Assembly (NCBI GenBank): GCA_964472505.1
Contig: CAYYQW010000001.1
Coordinates: 30,701 to 94,700, forward strand
DNA: 64,000 bases
Direction of reading: 5' to 3'
Source of the DNA: an uncultured Bacteroidaceae bacterium
GTDB lineage: Bacteria; Bacteroidota; Bacteroidia; Bacteroidales; JAADGE01
Shown: in pieces, positions 18,849 through 28,545 of the stretch
Position numbering within the stretch: the stretch's first letter is position 1
How the letters are laid out: the number at the start of each line of letters is the position of its first letter
Position numbers and translations under genes: made by a program
The notes under the pieces: model-generated
Databases searched by the model: none
What the model was told of the DNA's origin: nothing
The model's input: the letters and a program-made list of their open reading frames with translations, nothing else

Positions 18849-19811
18849 TTAATCAAACACTTTTTTATACGAGTGGCAATAAGGCATGCCGCCTTTTTGT
18901 GCGTAATAATCCTGATGGCTTTCTTCGGCCTTATAGAAATTATCGGCTTTGGTAAGTTTGGTTGCTACATTGTAGCCTTTTCCCTGTAGTATGTTGATTA
19001 ATTTTTCCGCCGTTTCTTTTTCTTGCTCATTAGAATAAAAAATTTCGCTTCGATATTGTTCGCCTATATCAGGGCCCTGTCGATTTACTTGGGTGAAATC
19101 GTGAATTTCAAAAAACAATTTGGCTAAAGCTTCATAATCCGTTACAGAAGGGTCATAGGTAACTTCCACAGTCTCAGCGTGGCCGGTGCGTCCGGTAACG
19201 ACTTCTCGATAAGCGGGATTTTTGACATGCCCGCCCATAAATCCGGAAACAGCTGATTTAACGCCGGGTGCATTTTCGAAAAAATGTTCTGTGCCCCAAA
19301 AACAGCCGCCCGCAAAATAGGCTTTTCTTTCATTTGATTTTTCTTTATTCATCTCTAATGGTTTAAAATTCAAGGAAATAGAGTTAACGCAATGCCGTGT
19401 ATTTTTATCGGTAAACCCTTCGCCCAAAAATACATGGCCCAAATGAGCTCCGCATTTGGTACAAAGAATTTCGGTTCGTCGGCCGTCGGCATCGGGAACA
19501 CGTTTTACGGCGCCCTCAATTTCATCATCGAAACTAGGCCAGCCGCAGCGTGCATCAAATTTATCGGATGATTCATAAAGGGGAGCATCACAGCGTTTAC
19601 ACGAATAGATTCCTTTTTGGTAATGGTCTTCGTATTTTCCGGAAAAAGGCGCTTCGGTTCCTTTATGGATTATTACGCGCTCTTCTTCGGGAGTCAATTG
19701 ATTATATTTCATTTTATCTGTTTTTGAATTATCGGTTTGTGCACAGCTTGTTGTCATGCTAAAAAGCAAAACAAGCCAAATACCGACTTTTATGTCAATT
19801 AGAATTTTCAT
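18849..19811 (-). CDS. msrAB: Bifunctional methionine sulfoxide reductase, MsrB-MsrA order, with predicted lipoprotein signal
   Basis: MsrB: CKRC, CGWPSF, CTKCGAHLGHVF, RHCVNS; MsrA: GGCFWG, GRTGHAE, AEESHQDY; N-terminal hydrophobic stretch ending TTSC. TAGCTTTG -7 box at 19828-19835. Confidence 0.92.
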   Translation of the reverse strand: MKILIDIKVGIWLVLLFSMTTSCAQTDNSKTDKMKYNQLTPEEERVIIHKGTEAPFSGKYEDHYQKGIYSCKRCDAPLYESSDKFDARCGWPSFDDEIEGAVKRVPDADGRRTEILCTKCGAHLGHVFLGEGFTDKNTRHCVNSISLNFKPLEMNKEKSNERKAYFAGGCFWGTEHFFENAPGVKSAVSGFMGGHVKNPAYREVVTGRTGHAETVEVTYDPSVTDYEALAKLFFEIHDFTQVNRQGPDIGEQYRSEIFYSNEQEKETAEKLINILQGKGYNVATKLTKADNFYKAEESHQDYYAQKGGMPYCHSYKKVFD

Positions 19812-19921
19812 TGCTTTAATATTTTTACAAAGCTACAAATAAAAGAGATAAAAATATCCGATTATTTGTTAAGAAAATTTAAAGCGTGAAAAATTTATGT
19901 CTTAAGCTTATAAATGCTTTG

Positions 19922-20287
19922 CTATATGGTAATAATCTCCATGTTTACTCCCAAAACCTCTCGTATTTCCTTACCTTTTTCTATAATCAGCTCAAAATCT
20001 TTTTTGCAAATCCACCGTACTTCAAACTCCGGGCTTGCATCTTTTAAACCCATAATTATTTTTATTATAGTTTTGGAAGTAGATGTATTATAATACAACC
20101 ATCTGAATTCAAGAGTTGTTTTTTGCTGCGGGTTTTGTTTATAGCTTTCAATGTAATCATAAACAGGTTTATAAAAATCCGTTACATTCTCGGGATAGGA
20201 TTTGCCCGCGAAAGAAAAAAAACCTTTGTCGGCATCAAGTACTATTTCGGGTGTTTCGTCAGTAGCTTCTTCTATAAATTTCTCCAT
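19922..20287 (-). CDS. siaC: SiaC family regulatory phosphoprotein (DUF1987), copy 2
   Basis: ATDETPEI, GKSYPENV..FYKPV, WLYYNTSTSK; starts 2 nt after the siaB stop. Confidence 0.85.
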   Translation of the reverse strand: MEKFIEEATDETPEIVLDADKGFFSFAGKSYPENVTDFYKPVYDYIESYKQNPQQKTTLEFRWLYYNTSTSKTIIKIIMGLKDASPEFEVRWICKKDFELIIEKGKEIREVLGVNMEIITI

Positions 20288-20289
20288 GC

Positions 20290-21384
20290 TTATACCGTTT
20301 TAAATTTTATGGAAAATATCGTCTCATTCTCCGAAGTATTCGTAAAATTGTAGGTGAATTCATTATCTGAAAAACGGGCAATTTCAAGAATTCCCAAGCC
20401 GCCTTCATTGTCATCAGACAAATGTGAATTAGCTAATTTCTTCTTATACATTTCCTCAATTTTAGGTATATCGGCTGATTTTACTTCTTCTAACAAAGTT
20501 TTTAACTTTCGATAGTTTTCGGAGCTCACATAATTGCAACATTCAATATAATACGCTTCATTATCAATACTGAGTGCAAACATACCTTTCTTGAAACCGT
20601 TTATCGCTTTGCCGTGTTTTGATACATTCTGCAAAATTTCTATAACGGCAATAATGTTTTTCAAGCTGTCGGGATCAATTTCATTTCCTTTCAAAAAGTT
20701 AGTATTCAACATTTCGATAATGCTTGAATTTGTGCTGCTCGAAAAATCACCTTTATACAATAAAATAATATTTTTCTCGGCTAATTTTTTGTACACTTCT
20801 TCAATCTGCCGAATGCTAACTTTGTGTTCCTTTACATTTGTATCTGTTATAGCTTCCAAACTAAGAACCACTAAAGAAAATTTCTCGGATAAAGGAATGA
20901 AGTGTTGCTTTAGGGGTAAACCCGACTTTCTTACCATTTCAATAATTCCCAAGCCGGCTCCGCCTTTTTCCGACATTTCGGATGATTTGAGCAACTTGCG
21001 TTTGAGTATTTTCAGTTCATCAGCGCTAAGCGAATTTACATTTTCAATAAACTGCGCCAATTCATCTGCATCTGAATTTTTTATAACATTCGCCGATGAA
21101 ATTACAATACGATCAGTCAAAACAGATACCTGAAAGAAATCTTTGCTTAACTCCAAGCCCGGTTCCTTACATTTTTCCAAAAGGCCATGCCTAACCACAT
21201 TTTGAAAGCTTTCTGCAATTAAAAACGAAGTGCGTTTGGAAAGCTTCTTTAAGCCGTCTTGCTTTGCAACAAATTCTTCGGCCAAATCGATGAGCATTGC
21301 CGTAATTTTATCACTAAATACGCCAAAATATGTCAATGATGTTTTTTCATCGCTAAAACATTCAACTAAGTTGTGCATAAGCAT
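20290..21384 (-). CDS. siaB: SiaB family GHKL-type protein kinase with two tandem SiaB domains
   Basis: Domain 1 ESFQNVVRHG...KGGAGLGIIEM; domain 2 EILQNVSKHG...NEGGLGILEI. Start at 21384 or 21378. Confidence 0.82.
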   Translation of the reverse strand: MLMHNLVECFSDEKTSLTYFGVFSDKITAMLIDLAEEFVAKQDGLKKLSKRTSFLIAESFQNVVRHGLLEKCKEPGLELSKDFFQVSVLTDRIVISSANVIKNSDADELAQFIENVNSLSADELKILKRKLLKSSEMSEKGGAGLGIIEMVRKSGLPLKQHFIPLSEKFSLVVLSLEAITDTNVKEHKVSIRQIEEVYKKLAEKNIILLYKGDFSSSTNSSIIEMLNTNFLKGNEIDPDSLKNIIAVIEILQNVSKHGKAINGFKKGMFALSIDNEAYYIECCNYVSSENYRKLKTLLEEVKSADIPKIEEMYKKKLANSHLSDDNEGGLGILEIARFSDNEFTYNFTNTSENETIFSIKFKTV

Positions 21385-21498
21385 TAATTTAAAAAGAGCC
21401 GGAAAGAGCCAAAAACAGCATATTATCAAGTTGTTGTGTGTTTTGCTAATGACTTTTTATAATGCCGGTGCTATATTTTTTTCGGTAATTATCTTAAA

Positions 21499-21528
21499 CA
21501 AATCTACAAAAACCAATCCGAAACAAAC
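21499..21528 (-). promoter_or_regulatory. Sigma-A promoter for siaB-siaC2
   Basis: Minus strand TTTG (21528-21525), 18-nt spacer, TAGATTTG (21506-21499). Confidence 0.65.
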
Positions 21529-21581
21529 CATAAAAATGCTTTGAAATTTCGTTTTTGATGATTTAATAAATAATGAAAAAA

Positions 21582-21606
21582 TCGTGCCGCATTTATCGCG
21601 GCACGA
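21582..21606 (-). terminator. DPP-IV terminator
   Basis: TCGTGCCGC/GCGGCACGA stem with an A-run on the left. Confidence 0.7.
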
Positions 21607-21618
21607 AAGTGTAAAACC

Positions 21619-23817
21619 TTATTTTTCCAACAAATTTTCTTTCCAAAAATCAAGCATCATAGTATAGAGGTGGTGGCGCGTGTTACCCCCGTATATGCCG
21701 TGATTTCTGTTGGTGTATTCATGCATTTGGAATTGCTTACCGGCTTGCACCAGCGCTTCAACAAATTCTTTCGTGTTTTGAAGATGCACATTATCATCTG
21801 CCGTTCCGTGAACAATGAGCAGTGGGTCTTCCAATTTACTTACAAAATTTATTGGGGAATTATCATCGTAACCTCCGTCGTTTTCTTGAGGTGTGCGCAT
21901 AAAGCGTTCGGTATATACGGTATCATAATACCTCCAATTGGTAACCGGCGCCACGGCAATTCCGGCAGCATAAGTATCGGCACCTTTGGTAAGGCAAAGC
22001 AAGGTTTCGAAACCGCCGTAGCTCCAACCCCAAAGGCCTATTTTATCAGACTTAACATAATCTAATGATTGCAAATATTTGGCAGTTTCAATCAAATCTA
22101 TGGTTTCATATTTACCAAGTTCCAAATAAGTCTGTTTTCTGAAATCTTCGCCTCGTGCACCGGTACCGCGCGGATCAACACCCACTACGATAAACCCTTC
22201 CTGAGTCAATAAATTATCCCAACCAAAGCTCCAACTGTCGGTTACGGTTTGGGATGCCGGGCCGCTGTATTGTGTTACAATCACCGGGTATGTTTTATTT
22301 TCATCAAAATTAGGCGGTTTTACCATAAATGCGTTTAATTCCACACCTTCGGAGGTTTTAAAGGTGAAGAATTCTTTATTTATTCCGCCGTATGCTTCGG
22401 TTTTTTCCAAAAGCGCTCCGTTTTCTTTAAGTACACGCACCAATTTTCCGTCGCCCGAATGTAAACTTACTTGAGTCGGGGTTTTACTGTTTGAAAAATA
22501 ATTGATGAAATAACTAAAATTATTGCTGAATGCGGCTCGGTTAGTTCCGGTTTGTTCGGTTAGTTTAGTCAATTTTCTGCCGTTTAATTTCACGCTGTAT
22601 ATCTCGCGACGCAGCGGCGAATCTTTAGCTGCGGCAAAATATAAGCGTTCATTTTCGGCATTGTAGCCGTAAAAATTTGTCAAATCCCATTTGCCTTTTG
22701 TAATTTGTTCTTCGTAATTCGGATAGGATATTTTATGCATATACAAATGCCGGTATCCGTCTCTTTCGGATGTTACGGTAAATCGGTCGCCGTCATCAAA
22801 GAAATATACATTATCCAAAAAAGCTTCTTCTATATAGCGTTTGTTTTCTTCCTTAAAAAACAGTTCCGTTTGGCCGTTTGATATGTTGGTTTCCAACAAT
22901 TCCAATTCATTCTGCAGCCGGTTTAAACGGAATATGGCCAAATTTCCGGAAGATTTTATCGGGCGTATGCGCGGGATATAAATGTCAGTCTCTTCACCAA
23001 TATCGCAAGTTATGGTGTTTTCATTATCCAAATGATAAACGTGTACGCTGACAAGCGAATTGGCATCACCGGCTTTGGGGTATTTAAAGATATAATACTC
23101 CGGATACAAAGCATTTTCATTTTTTTGGGGAGAAAGCCCGGCGTATATGGGCATTCCGAACATGGGAACTTCGGATTCGTTAAATTTTACAAAAGCCAAA
23201 CTTTTACTGTCGGGCATCCAAGTATAAGCCTGATTGTAACCAAATTCTTCTTCATACACCCAGTCTGGAATACCGTTTATTATTTTATTGTATTCACCGT
23301 CGGTTGTAATTTGACGTTCTTCGCCGGAAGACAAAAATTTAATAAAAATATTGTTGTCTCGCACAAAAGCTACTTTTTCGCCGTCGGGGGAAAATGAAGC
23401 CACTTGCTGCGAGCCGTTTTCGGAAAGCGGCTCAACGGTTTTCTCGGAGGTATCGTAAATATAATAATCCGCAAAAAATGAATGTCTGTAAATACCTTCA
23501 CGATTGGTAAGCAAAAGTATTTTTGATTCATCGGCATTGAAATGATAATCGGAAACACGGCCTATTTCCAAGTCAGAAGTATTCACAATAAGGCTGACAC
23601 GCTCGCCGGTTTCGTAGGCAAATTTTTCTAACTCACCGGATCGGTTCAAGGTGGTGTAATGTTCTCCGTCATTCATGGAGCGCAAACCGTAAACCGATTC
23701 GCCGTAAAACGCATAATTGCGCCACAAATCATCAATGGTTATTTTTTTATAATCCTCCTGAGCAAAGCCACTCGACAGGAAGAAAAAAGCGGAAAGTAAA
23801 AGCAATGTTTTTTTCAT
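21619..23817 (-). CDS. Dipeptidyl peptidase IV (S9B)
   Basis: Signal peptide, NGIPDWVYEEEF, YPKAG, GWSYGG, HGTADDNVH, NHGI. Confidence 0.93.
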   Translation of the reverse strand: MKKTLLLLSAFFFLSSGFAQEDYKKITIDDLWRNYAFYGESVYGLRSMNDGEHYTTLNRSGELEKFAYETGERVSLIVNTSDLEIGRVSDYHFNADESKILLLTNREGIYRHSFFADYYIYDTSEKTVEPLSENGSQQVASFSPDGEKVAFVRDNNIFIKFLSSGEERQITTDGEYNKIINGIPDWVYEEEFGYNQAYTWMPDSKSLAFVKFNESEVPMFGMPIYAGLSPQKNENALYPEYYIFKYPKAGDANSLVSVHVYHLDNENTITCDIGEETDIYIPRIRPIKSSGNLAIFRLNRLQNELELLETNISNGQTELFFKEENKRYIEEAFLDNVYFFDDGDRFTVTSERDGYRHLYMHKISYPNYEEQITKGKWDLTNFYGYNAENERLYFAAAKDSPLRREIYSVKLNGRKLTKLTEQTGTNRAAFSNNFSYFINYFSNSKTPTQVSLHSGDGKLVRVLKENGALLEKTEAYGGINKEFFTFKTSEGVELNAFMVKPPNFDENKTYPVIVTQYSGPASQTVTDSWSFGWDNLLTQEGFIVVGVDPRGTGARGEDFRKQTYLELGKYETIDLIETAKYLQSLDYVKSDKIGLWGWSYGGFETLLCLTKGADTYAAGIAVAPVTNWRYYDTVYTERFMRTPQENDGGYDDNSPINFVSKLEDPLLIVHGTADDNVHLQNTKEFVEALVQAGKQFQMHEYTNRNHGIYGGNTRHHLYTMMLDFWKENLLEK

Positions 23818-23829
23818 GATATACATTTT

Positions 23830-25194
23830 TTAAGCGTTATGATTTTTATTAACAAAATTCAAAAAATAATCAAGATAAGGTTTTAATTTTAAAGTAAGAA
23901 AATAGGGTAAATTCATTAAATAAAAGGATTTTCCGGCTATGGTTTTTGCCTGCTGAATACTAAAGTCTCCGCCAAAAATTCTTACGCCCAAATTATGTTC
24001 GGCTCTGTCCATAAACTGATGCAAAGAGCGCAATCGGCCGGTGGTTCCCGATTTCACTTCTACGGGAATAAGTTTTCCTTTGTGGGATATGATAAAATCC
24101 ACTTCGGCGCTTGATTGTTTTTTCTCGCGCACCCAAAAATGCAAATTAGCAAGCGGACTGTCATAAACAGTTTTAAGCTGCTGAGCGGTAATATGTTCGG
24201 CAATCCTTCCTTTGTACACATCTTGTATCTCGGATGCCGAAAATAAGTCGTGCTGAATGCCTGCAAAATAGTTAATAAAACCCGTATCAAGCACTTGAAG
24301 TTTGGGCGATTTCTTTTTATCGGCCACTATCGGAAGCTCAACAGCGGTGGTCGGATATATGAGACTCAGCAGGTGGGTTTTCTCCAAAATTGCAATGGCC
24401 TCTGCCACTTCCCGCGATTGATAATTTGATTTTGCAAAATTATTGAATTTTATTCTGTTTCCGGCTTCCAAAAAAGCATTGCGAATAATATGCCTGAGAA
24501 TTTTTGCTTCTTTTTCCGAATCGGCATATTTCTCCACATCATCAAGATATGATACAATTAATGCTTCGTACAGGCGACTAAGTTGCAAAATATCTCGCGT
24601 TTGGGCATATTTTTTTACTATCTCGGGCATTCCGCCTGTGAGCACATACAAATGAAATAAATCTCGCAGTTTGTTGAATGCATAATCCGGAAAAGGAATC
24701 TGACTGAGAATATCTGCTGCCGATGTTTCATCCACAGCCCGCAGAAATTCATCAAAAGAGAAAGGCTGCAAATACAAATACTCCACCCTGCCGACGGGAA
24801 AATGAATGTCTGCATCGAATACCGTTTCAAGCAGTGAACCGGCCGCAATGACATACAAATCGGGGCTTTTTTCGTAAAAATACCTCAGCTGTTTAACGGA
24901 TTTTGCCGAATATTGAATTTCATCGATGAATATCAATGTTCGTCTGCCCTCTCGCCGGCTGTTTTTATAAAAGAATATGGCTGTTAAGAGTTTGTCGAAT
25001 ACCTCGTTGCTTTCAAAAATATCGGCATCTTGCGGTTCTTCCAAATTCAGATAGATGTATTGATCAAAATCTTTGGCAAAACCGTTTACCAGTGTTGTTT
25101 TACCTACCTGTCTTGCACCTCTTATAATCAGGGGTTTTCGGTCGTTTCGTTTCGCCCATTCTTTTAAGTTTTCAGTGGCTTTTCTGTAGAACAT
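23830..25194 (-). CDS. AAA+ ATPase with C-terminal DUF4143
   Basis: GARQVGKTT, FIDEIQ, FPVGRV, GGMPE, SAEVDF..PVEVKSG. Confidence 0.9.
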   Translation of the reverse strand: MFYRKATENLKEWAKRNDRKPLIIRGARQVGKTTLVNGFAKDFDQYIYLNLEEPQDADIFESNEVFDKLLTAIFFYKNSRREGRRTLIFIDEIQYSAKSVKQLRYFYEKSPDLYVIAAGSLLETVFDADIHFPVGRVEYLYLQPFSFDEFLRAVDETSAADILSQIPFPDYAFNKLRDLFHLYVLTGGMPEIVKKYAQTRDILQLSRLYEALIVSYLDDVEKYADSEKEAKILRHIIRNAFLEAGNRIKFNNFAKSNYQSREVAEAIAILEKTHLLSLIYPTTAVELPIVADKKKSPKLQVLDTGFINYFAGIQHDLFSASEIQDVYKGRIAEHITAQQLKTVYDSPLANLHFWVREKKQSSAEVDFIISHKGKLIPVEVKSGTTGRLRSLHQFMDRAEHNLGVRIFGGDFSIQQAKTIAGKSFYLMNLPYFLTLKLKPYLDYFLNFVNKNHNA

Positions 25195-25197
25195 TGC

Positions 25198-25282
25198 ACA
25201 AAGTAAGGGTTATTTTATTGAAATTCATACACAAAGTAAGGGATAATTTCTCAGAAATCCAATACAAAGTAAGGGTTATTTT
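25198..25282. repeat. Three direct repeats ACAAAGTAAGGG(T/A)TA(T/A)TTT with exact 33-bp period
   Basis: Copies start at 25198, 25231 and 25264, directly above the AAA start codon. Confidence 0.85.
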
Positions 25283-25466
25283 TTGCTTACGATATAAACC
25301 GGTAAAAGCTTTGCATAAAACAAAAGCATTTTTCAGGTGAACACCTACACAGTTATAACTTTCGAATCGCTTATAGGCTATGTAAACAACTAATAAAAAA
25401 GATTGGTCGAAGGTCTTTTTGATTTTTTTTTTTTACTTTTATCTTTCAGAAAAACACAAGCAAAGC

Positions 25467-27926
25467 ATGAAAAATCTCGAATTGGAACTGGCCTATAAGT
25501 ATGTACAACTCACCAATGAGAACATCTTTCTGACCGGAAAAGCCGGCACGGGAAAAACGACTTTTCTGAAGTCCTTGACGCATAAACTCAATAAGCGCTC
25601 GGTGGTTGTGGCTCCTACGGGTGTAGCCGCCATTAATGCGGGCGGTGTAACCATTCATTCGTTTTTTCAATTGCCTTTCGGCCCCATTATTACCGAAAAA
25701 GTGGCCGGGCATAAAATTGATAATCCCAACTTCAAACAAAAATTCAACCGACAAAAAATTAAGATTATCAAAACTCTGGATTTATTGATTATTGATGAGA
25801 TATCCATGGTGCGTGCCGATATGCTGGATGCCGTAGATGAAGTATTGCGACGCTATAAAAATCCGTATCGGGCTTTCGGCGGAACACAATTGCTGATGAT
25901 TGGCGATATGCAACAATTGGCTCCGGTGGTAAAGCGTGAAGAATACAGTTATTTGGAACCTTACTATAAATCCATGTTTTTCTTCAACAGCCATGCGCTC
26001 AGAGAAAGCAAACCCGTAACCATAGAGTTGAAACATATTTATCGTCAGGAAGATAACAGCTTTATAGAAGTGCTCAACGAAGTGCGCGATAACAAGCTGA
26101 GCCGCGAGTCCTACGATATCCTGCACAGCCGCTTCCTACCCGATTTTAAACCCGATGAAAAAGACGGCTACATCACCCTTTGCACCCATAACCGAACGGC
26201 CCATGCCATAAACAGCGAAAAACTGAGCCGGCTGAAAGCTAAAACCAAAACTTTTGAAGCCGAAGTAAAAGGAAAATTCCCGGAACATGCCTACCCCACC
26301 GATTATAATTTGAAGCTGAAAAGCGGCGCACAAGTCATGTTCGTTAAAAACGACAGCGCTCGCGAAAAACGTTATTTTAACGGAAAAATCGGCATTATAA
26401 CCGGCTTTGAAGATGAGCGCATAAAAGTGAAATGCGAAGGCAATTACGATGTCATAGAATGCTTGCCCGAAACTTGGGAGAATATCCGATACACCATTAA
26501 TCCGGAAACGAAGGAAATTGAAGAAGAATTTATCGGCTCGTTTACCCAGTATCCGCTGCGTTTGGCTTGGGCGGTAACCATTCATAAAAGCCAAGGACTT
26601 ACTTTTGATAAAGCCGTAATTGATGCCGCCGATGCCTTTGCACACGGGCAAACTTATGTGGCGCTGAGCCGCTGCAAAACACTTGAGGGCATGGTTTTAA
26701 GCTCAAAAATATCAGAATCGGCTATTATTTGTGATGAAGAAGTAGTTAATTTTAATCAGAAAAACCGCGAAAATGAGCCAAGCCCCGATGACCTGAAAAA
26801 ATCCATATATCAATATCAAAAAGCACTGCTTACCGAACTGTTTAACTACCGGCAACTGCAGTACCGACTCAATGCTTTGGAAAAACAGCTTAAAGAATCT
26901 GCGACAAGCATTTCGGGAACGCTCGGGCAGAAAATTTATGATATCAATAAAAACGCACTGCCTGAAATTACCAAAACAGCCGGAAGTTTCTTAAAGCAGG
27001 TCAATAAAATTCTGCAAGATAATCCCGATGTCGAAAACAATCCACAATTGAAGGAGCGCCTTGAAAAAGCCGGGAACTATTTCATGCAATTTCATAAGGA
27101 AAAAATAATTGAAGCCATTGAGGCAGGCACTTTCGACACCGACAATAAGGCCGTGAGAAAAGCCATTGAAGACAGGCTCAACGCCGTTAATGAAAGCTTG
27201 CATGTAAAGCAAAAGTGCCTGAAAGTCTGCACCGAAGGTTTCAGTACCGATGAATACGTCAGCACGCGAGCCAAAGCTTTATTGGAAAAACCGGAAAAAC
27301 AGAAAGCCGCCGCTCAACCGAAAGAAATTGAAACCAAATACCCGGCACTGTATGCCAAACTCAAAGCCTGGCGCCTTGAGCAAGCCGAAACCGAAAATGT
27401 ACCGCTTTTCCAAATCCTGCCCAACCACAGTTTGGCGGAAATTACAGAAAACTTGCCGGTTTCTTCGGCACAGCTGAAAAAAATAAAAGGCATCGGTAAG
27501 AAAAAACTGGCATTATACGGTGAAACACTTTTAAACATGGTGGAAACCTTTTGCAGCGAAAACCATATTGAACCCGACAGAACCGAACCCAAAATAAAAC
27601 AAACAACCAAAAAAAGCAATGCCGAAAAAAGTTTTGAAATGTACAAGGCCGGCAAAAGCATTGAAGAAATTGCCAAAGCGCAAGACTTTGTAATTTCAAC
27701 CATTGAAAATCATTTGGCCAAATATGTGGAAAGCGGCGAATTGGCTGTAAATGAATTTGTGAAAGCCGAGATTTTAGAGCAAATCTCCGATTATTTCCAA
27801 CAACAGCCGGACAGCGGCCTGCGCGATGCTAAAGATGCTCTGGATGAATCGATTACATGGTCGGATTTACGTTTCGTGCAAAAACATTTGTCGTATTTGG
27901 AGAAGAAAACAGAGGAGAATGAATAG
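25467..27926 (+). CDS. Pif1/RecD-like SF1 helicase with HRDC and C-terminal HTH
   Basis: LTGKAGTGKTT, APTGVAA, IDEISM, GDMQQL, TIHKSQGLTF, YVALSR; HRDC (LYAKLKAWR...LKKIKGIG); STIENHLA. Confidence 0.9.
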   Translation: MKNLELELAYKYVQLTNENIFLTGKAGTGKTTFLKSLTHKLNKRSVVVAPTGVAAINAGGVTIHSFFQLPFGPIITEKVAGHKIDNPNFKQKFNRQKIKIIKTLDLLIIDEISMVRADMLDAVDEVLRRYKNPYRAFGGTQLLMIGDMQQLAPVVKREEYSYLEPYYKSMFFFNSHALRESKPVTIELKHIYRQEDNSFIEVLNEVRDNKLSRESYDILHSRFLPDFKPDEKDGYITLCTHNRTAHAINSEKLSRLKAKTKTFEAEVKGKFPEHAYPTDYNLKLKSGAQVMFVKNDSAREKRYFNGKIGIITGFEDERIKVKCEGNYDVIECLPETWENIRYTINPETKEIEEEFIGSFTQYPLRLAWAVTIHKSQGLTFDKAVIDAADAFAHGQTYVALSRCKTLEGMVLSSKISESAIICDEEVVNFNQKNRENEPSPDDLKKSIYQYQKALLTELFNYRQLQYRLNALEKQLKESATSISGTLGQKIYDINKNALPEITKTAGSFLKQVNKILQDNPDVENNPQLKERLEKAGNYFMQFHKEKIIEAIEAGTFDTDNKAVRKAIEDRLNAVNESLHVKQKCLKVCTEGFSTDEYVSTRAKALLEKPEKQKAAAQPKEIETKYPALYAKLKAWRLEQAETENVPLFQILPNHSLAEITENLPVSSAQLKKIKGIGKKKLALYGETLLNMVETFCSENHIEPDRTEPKIKQTTKKSNAEKSFEMYKAGKSIEEIAKAQDFVISTIENHLAKYVESGELAVNEFVKAEILEQISDYFQQQPDSGLRDAKDALDESITWSDLRFVQKHLSYLEKKTEENE

Positions 27927-28172
27927 GAAGAATTTTTCGGAAATATTTATCCGTATATTTACCATAAATTTAAACACCGGCTTGATATTTAACAATTTAA
28001 AATACAAACAACACTCGGGCGCAAAAAGTATTTTCATACATGGGGTTTCAGAACTCACTAAATGAACAAATTTCCAAAAAAACAATCCCAATAAAAGAAT
28101 TAATTTTTACAAAGCGAACAAGAATTAATTTTCATAAAATCGCAGATATTCGTAATTTAATTTTGCTTGATT

Positions 28173-28225
28173 GGCTAAAGCCCTAATTTAACGGATTTTA
28201 TGATTCCGTAGCATAAATGCTACGG
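28173..28225. repeat. Bipartite REP-like palindrome
   Basis: GGCTAAAGCC at 28173-82 and perfect CCGTAGCAT-AA-ATGCTACGG at 28206-25. Confidence 0.55.
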
Positions 28226-28410
28226 CTAATTAAAACTTGCAGGAAAATATTTAATAAATGTTATATCAAAATAAACACACCAGACTAAAACTCTATGACT
28301 TGCACCATAAAAACTACGCATTAATCGGATGAGACTTAAAACTGAACGCAATTTGGCAGTTTTTATATTTTTTAGCAATTTTGAGTCTGTTTAACCTGAA
28401 AAATATCAGC

Positions 28411-28545
28411 ATGGAGGCATTTTTGATGCGATACGTATTTATTGATTTTATTGCTTATATCTTATATTTTGCAATGATTATTTATATTGTGAAACAGCAT
28501 GATTCAAAAATTGTGGTTGACAAAGGGCAAAACGGAGAACAGTAA
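28411..28545 (+). CDS. Possible 44-aa single-TM protein or gene relic
   Basis: MEAFLMRYVFIDFIAYILYFAMIIYIVKQHDSKIVVDKGQNGEQ; hydrophobic frame extends upstream to 28333. Confidence 0.25.
   Translation: MEAFLMRYVFIDFIAYILYFAMIIYIVKQHDSKIVVDKGQNGEQ

Noticed and set aside
25198-25282. 33-bp periodic repeats as a mini-CRISPR array
   Set aside because: Repeat is only 19 bp, linkers are 14 bp and similar to each other, there is no palindrome and no cas gene.
28095-28132. AAGAATTAATTTT direct repeat (28095 and 28120)
   Set aside because: Low complexity in very AT-rich DNA; cannot be distinguished from chance.
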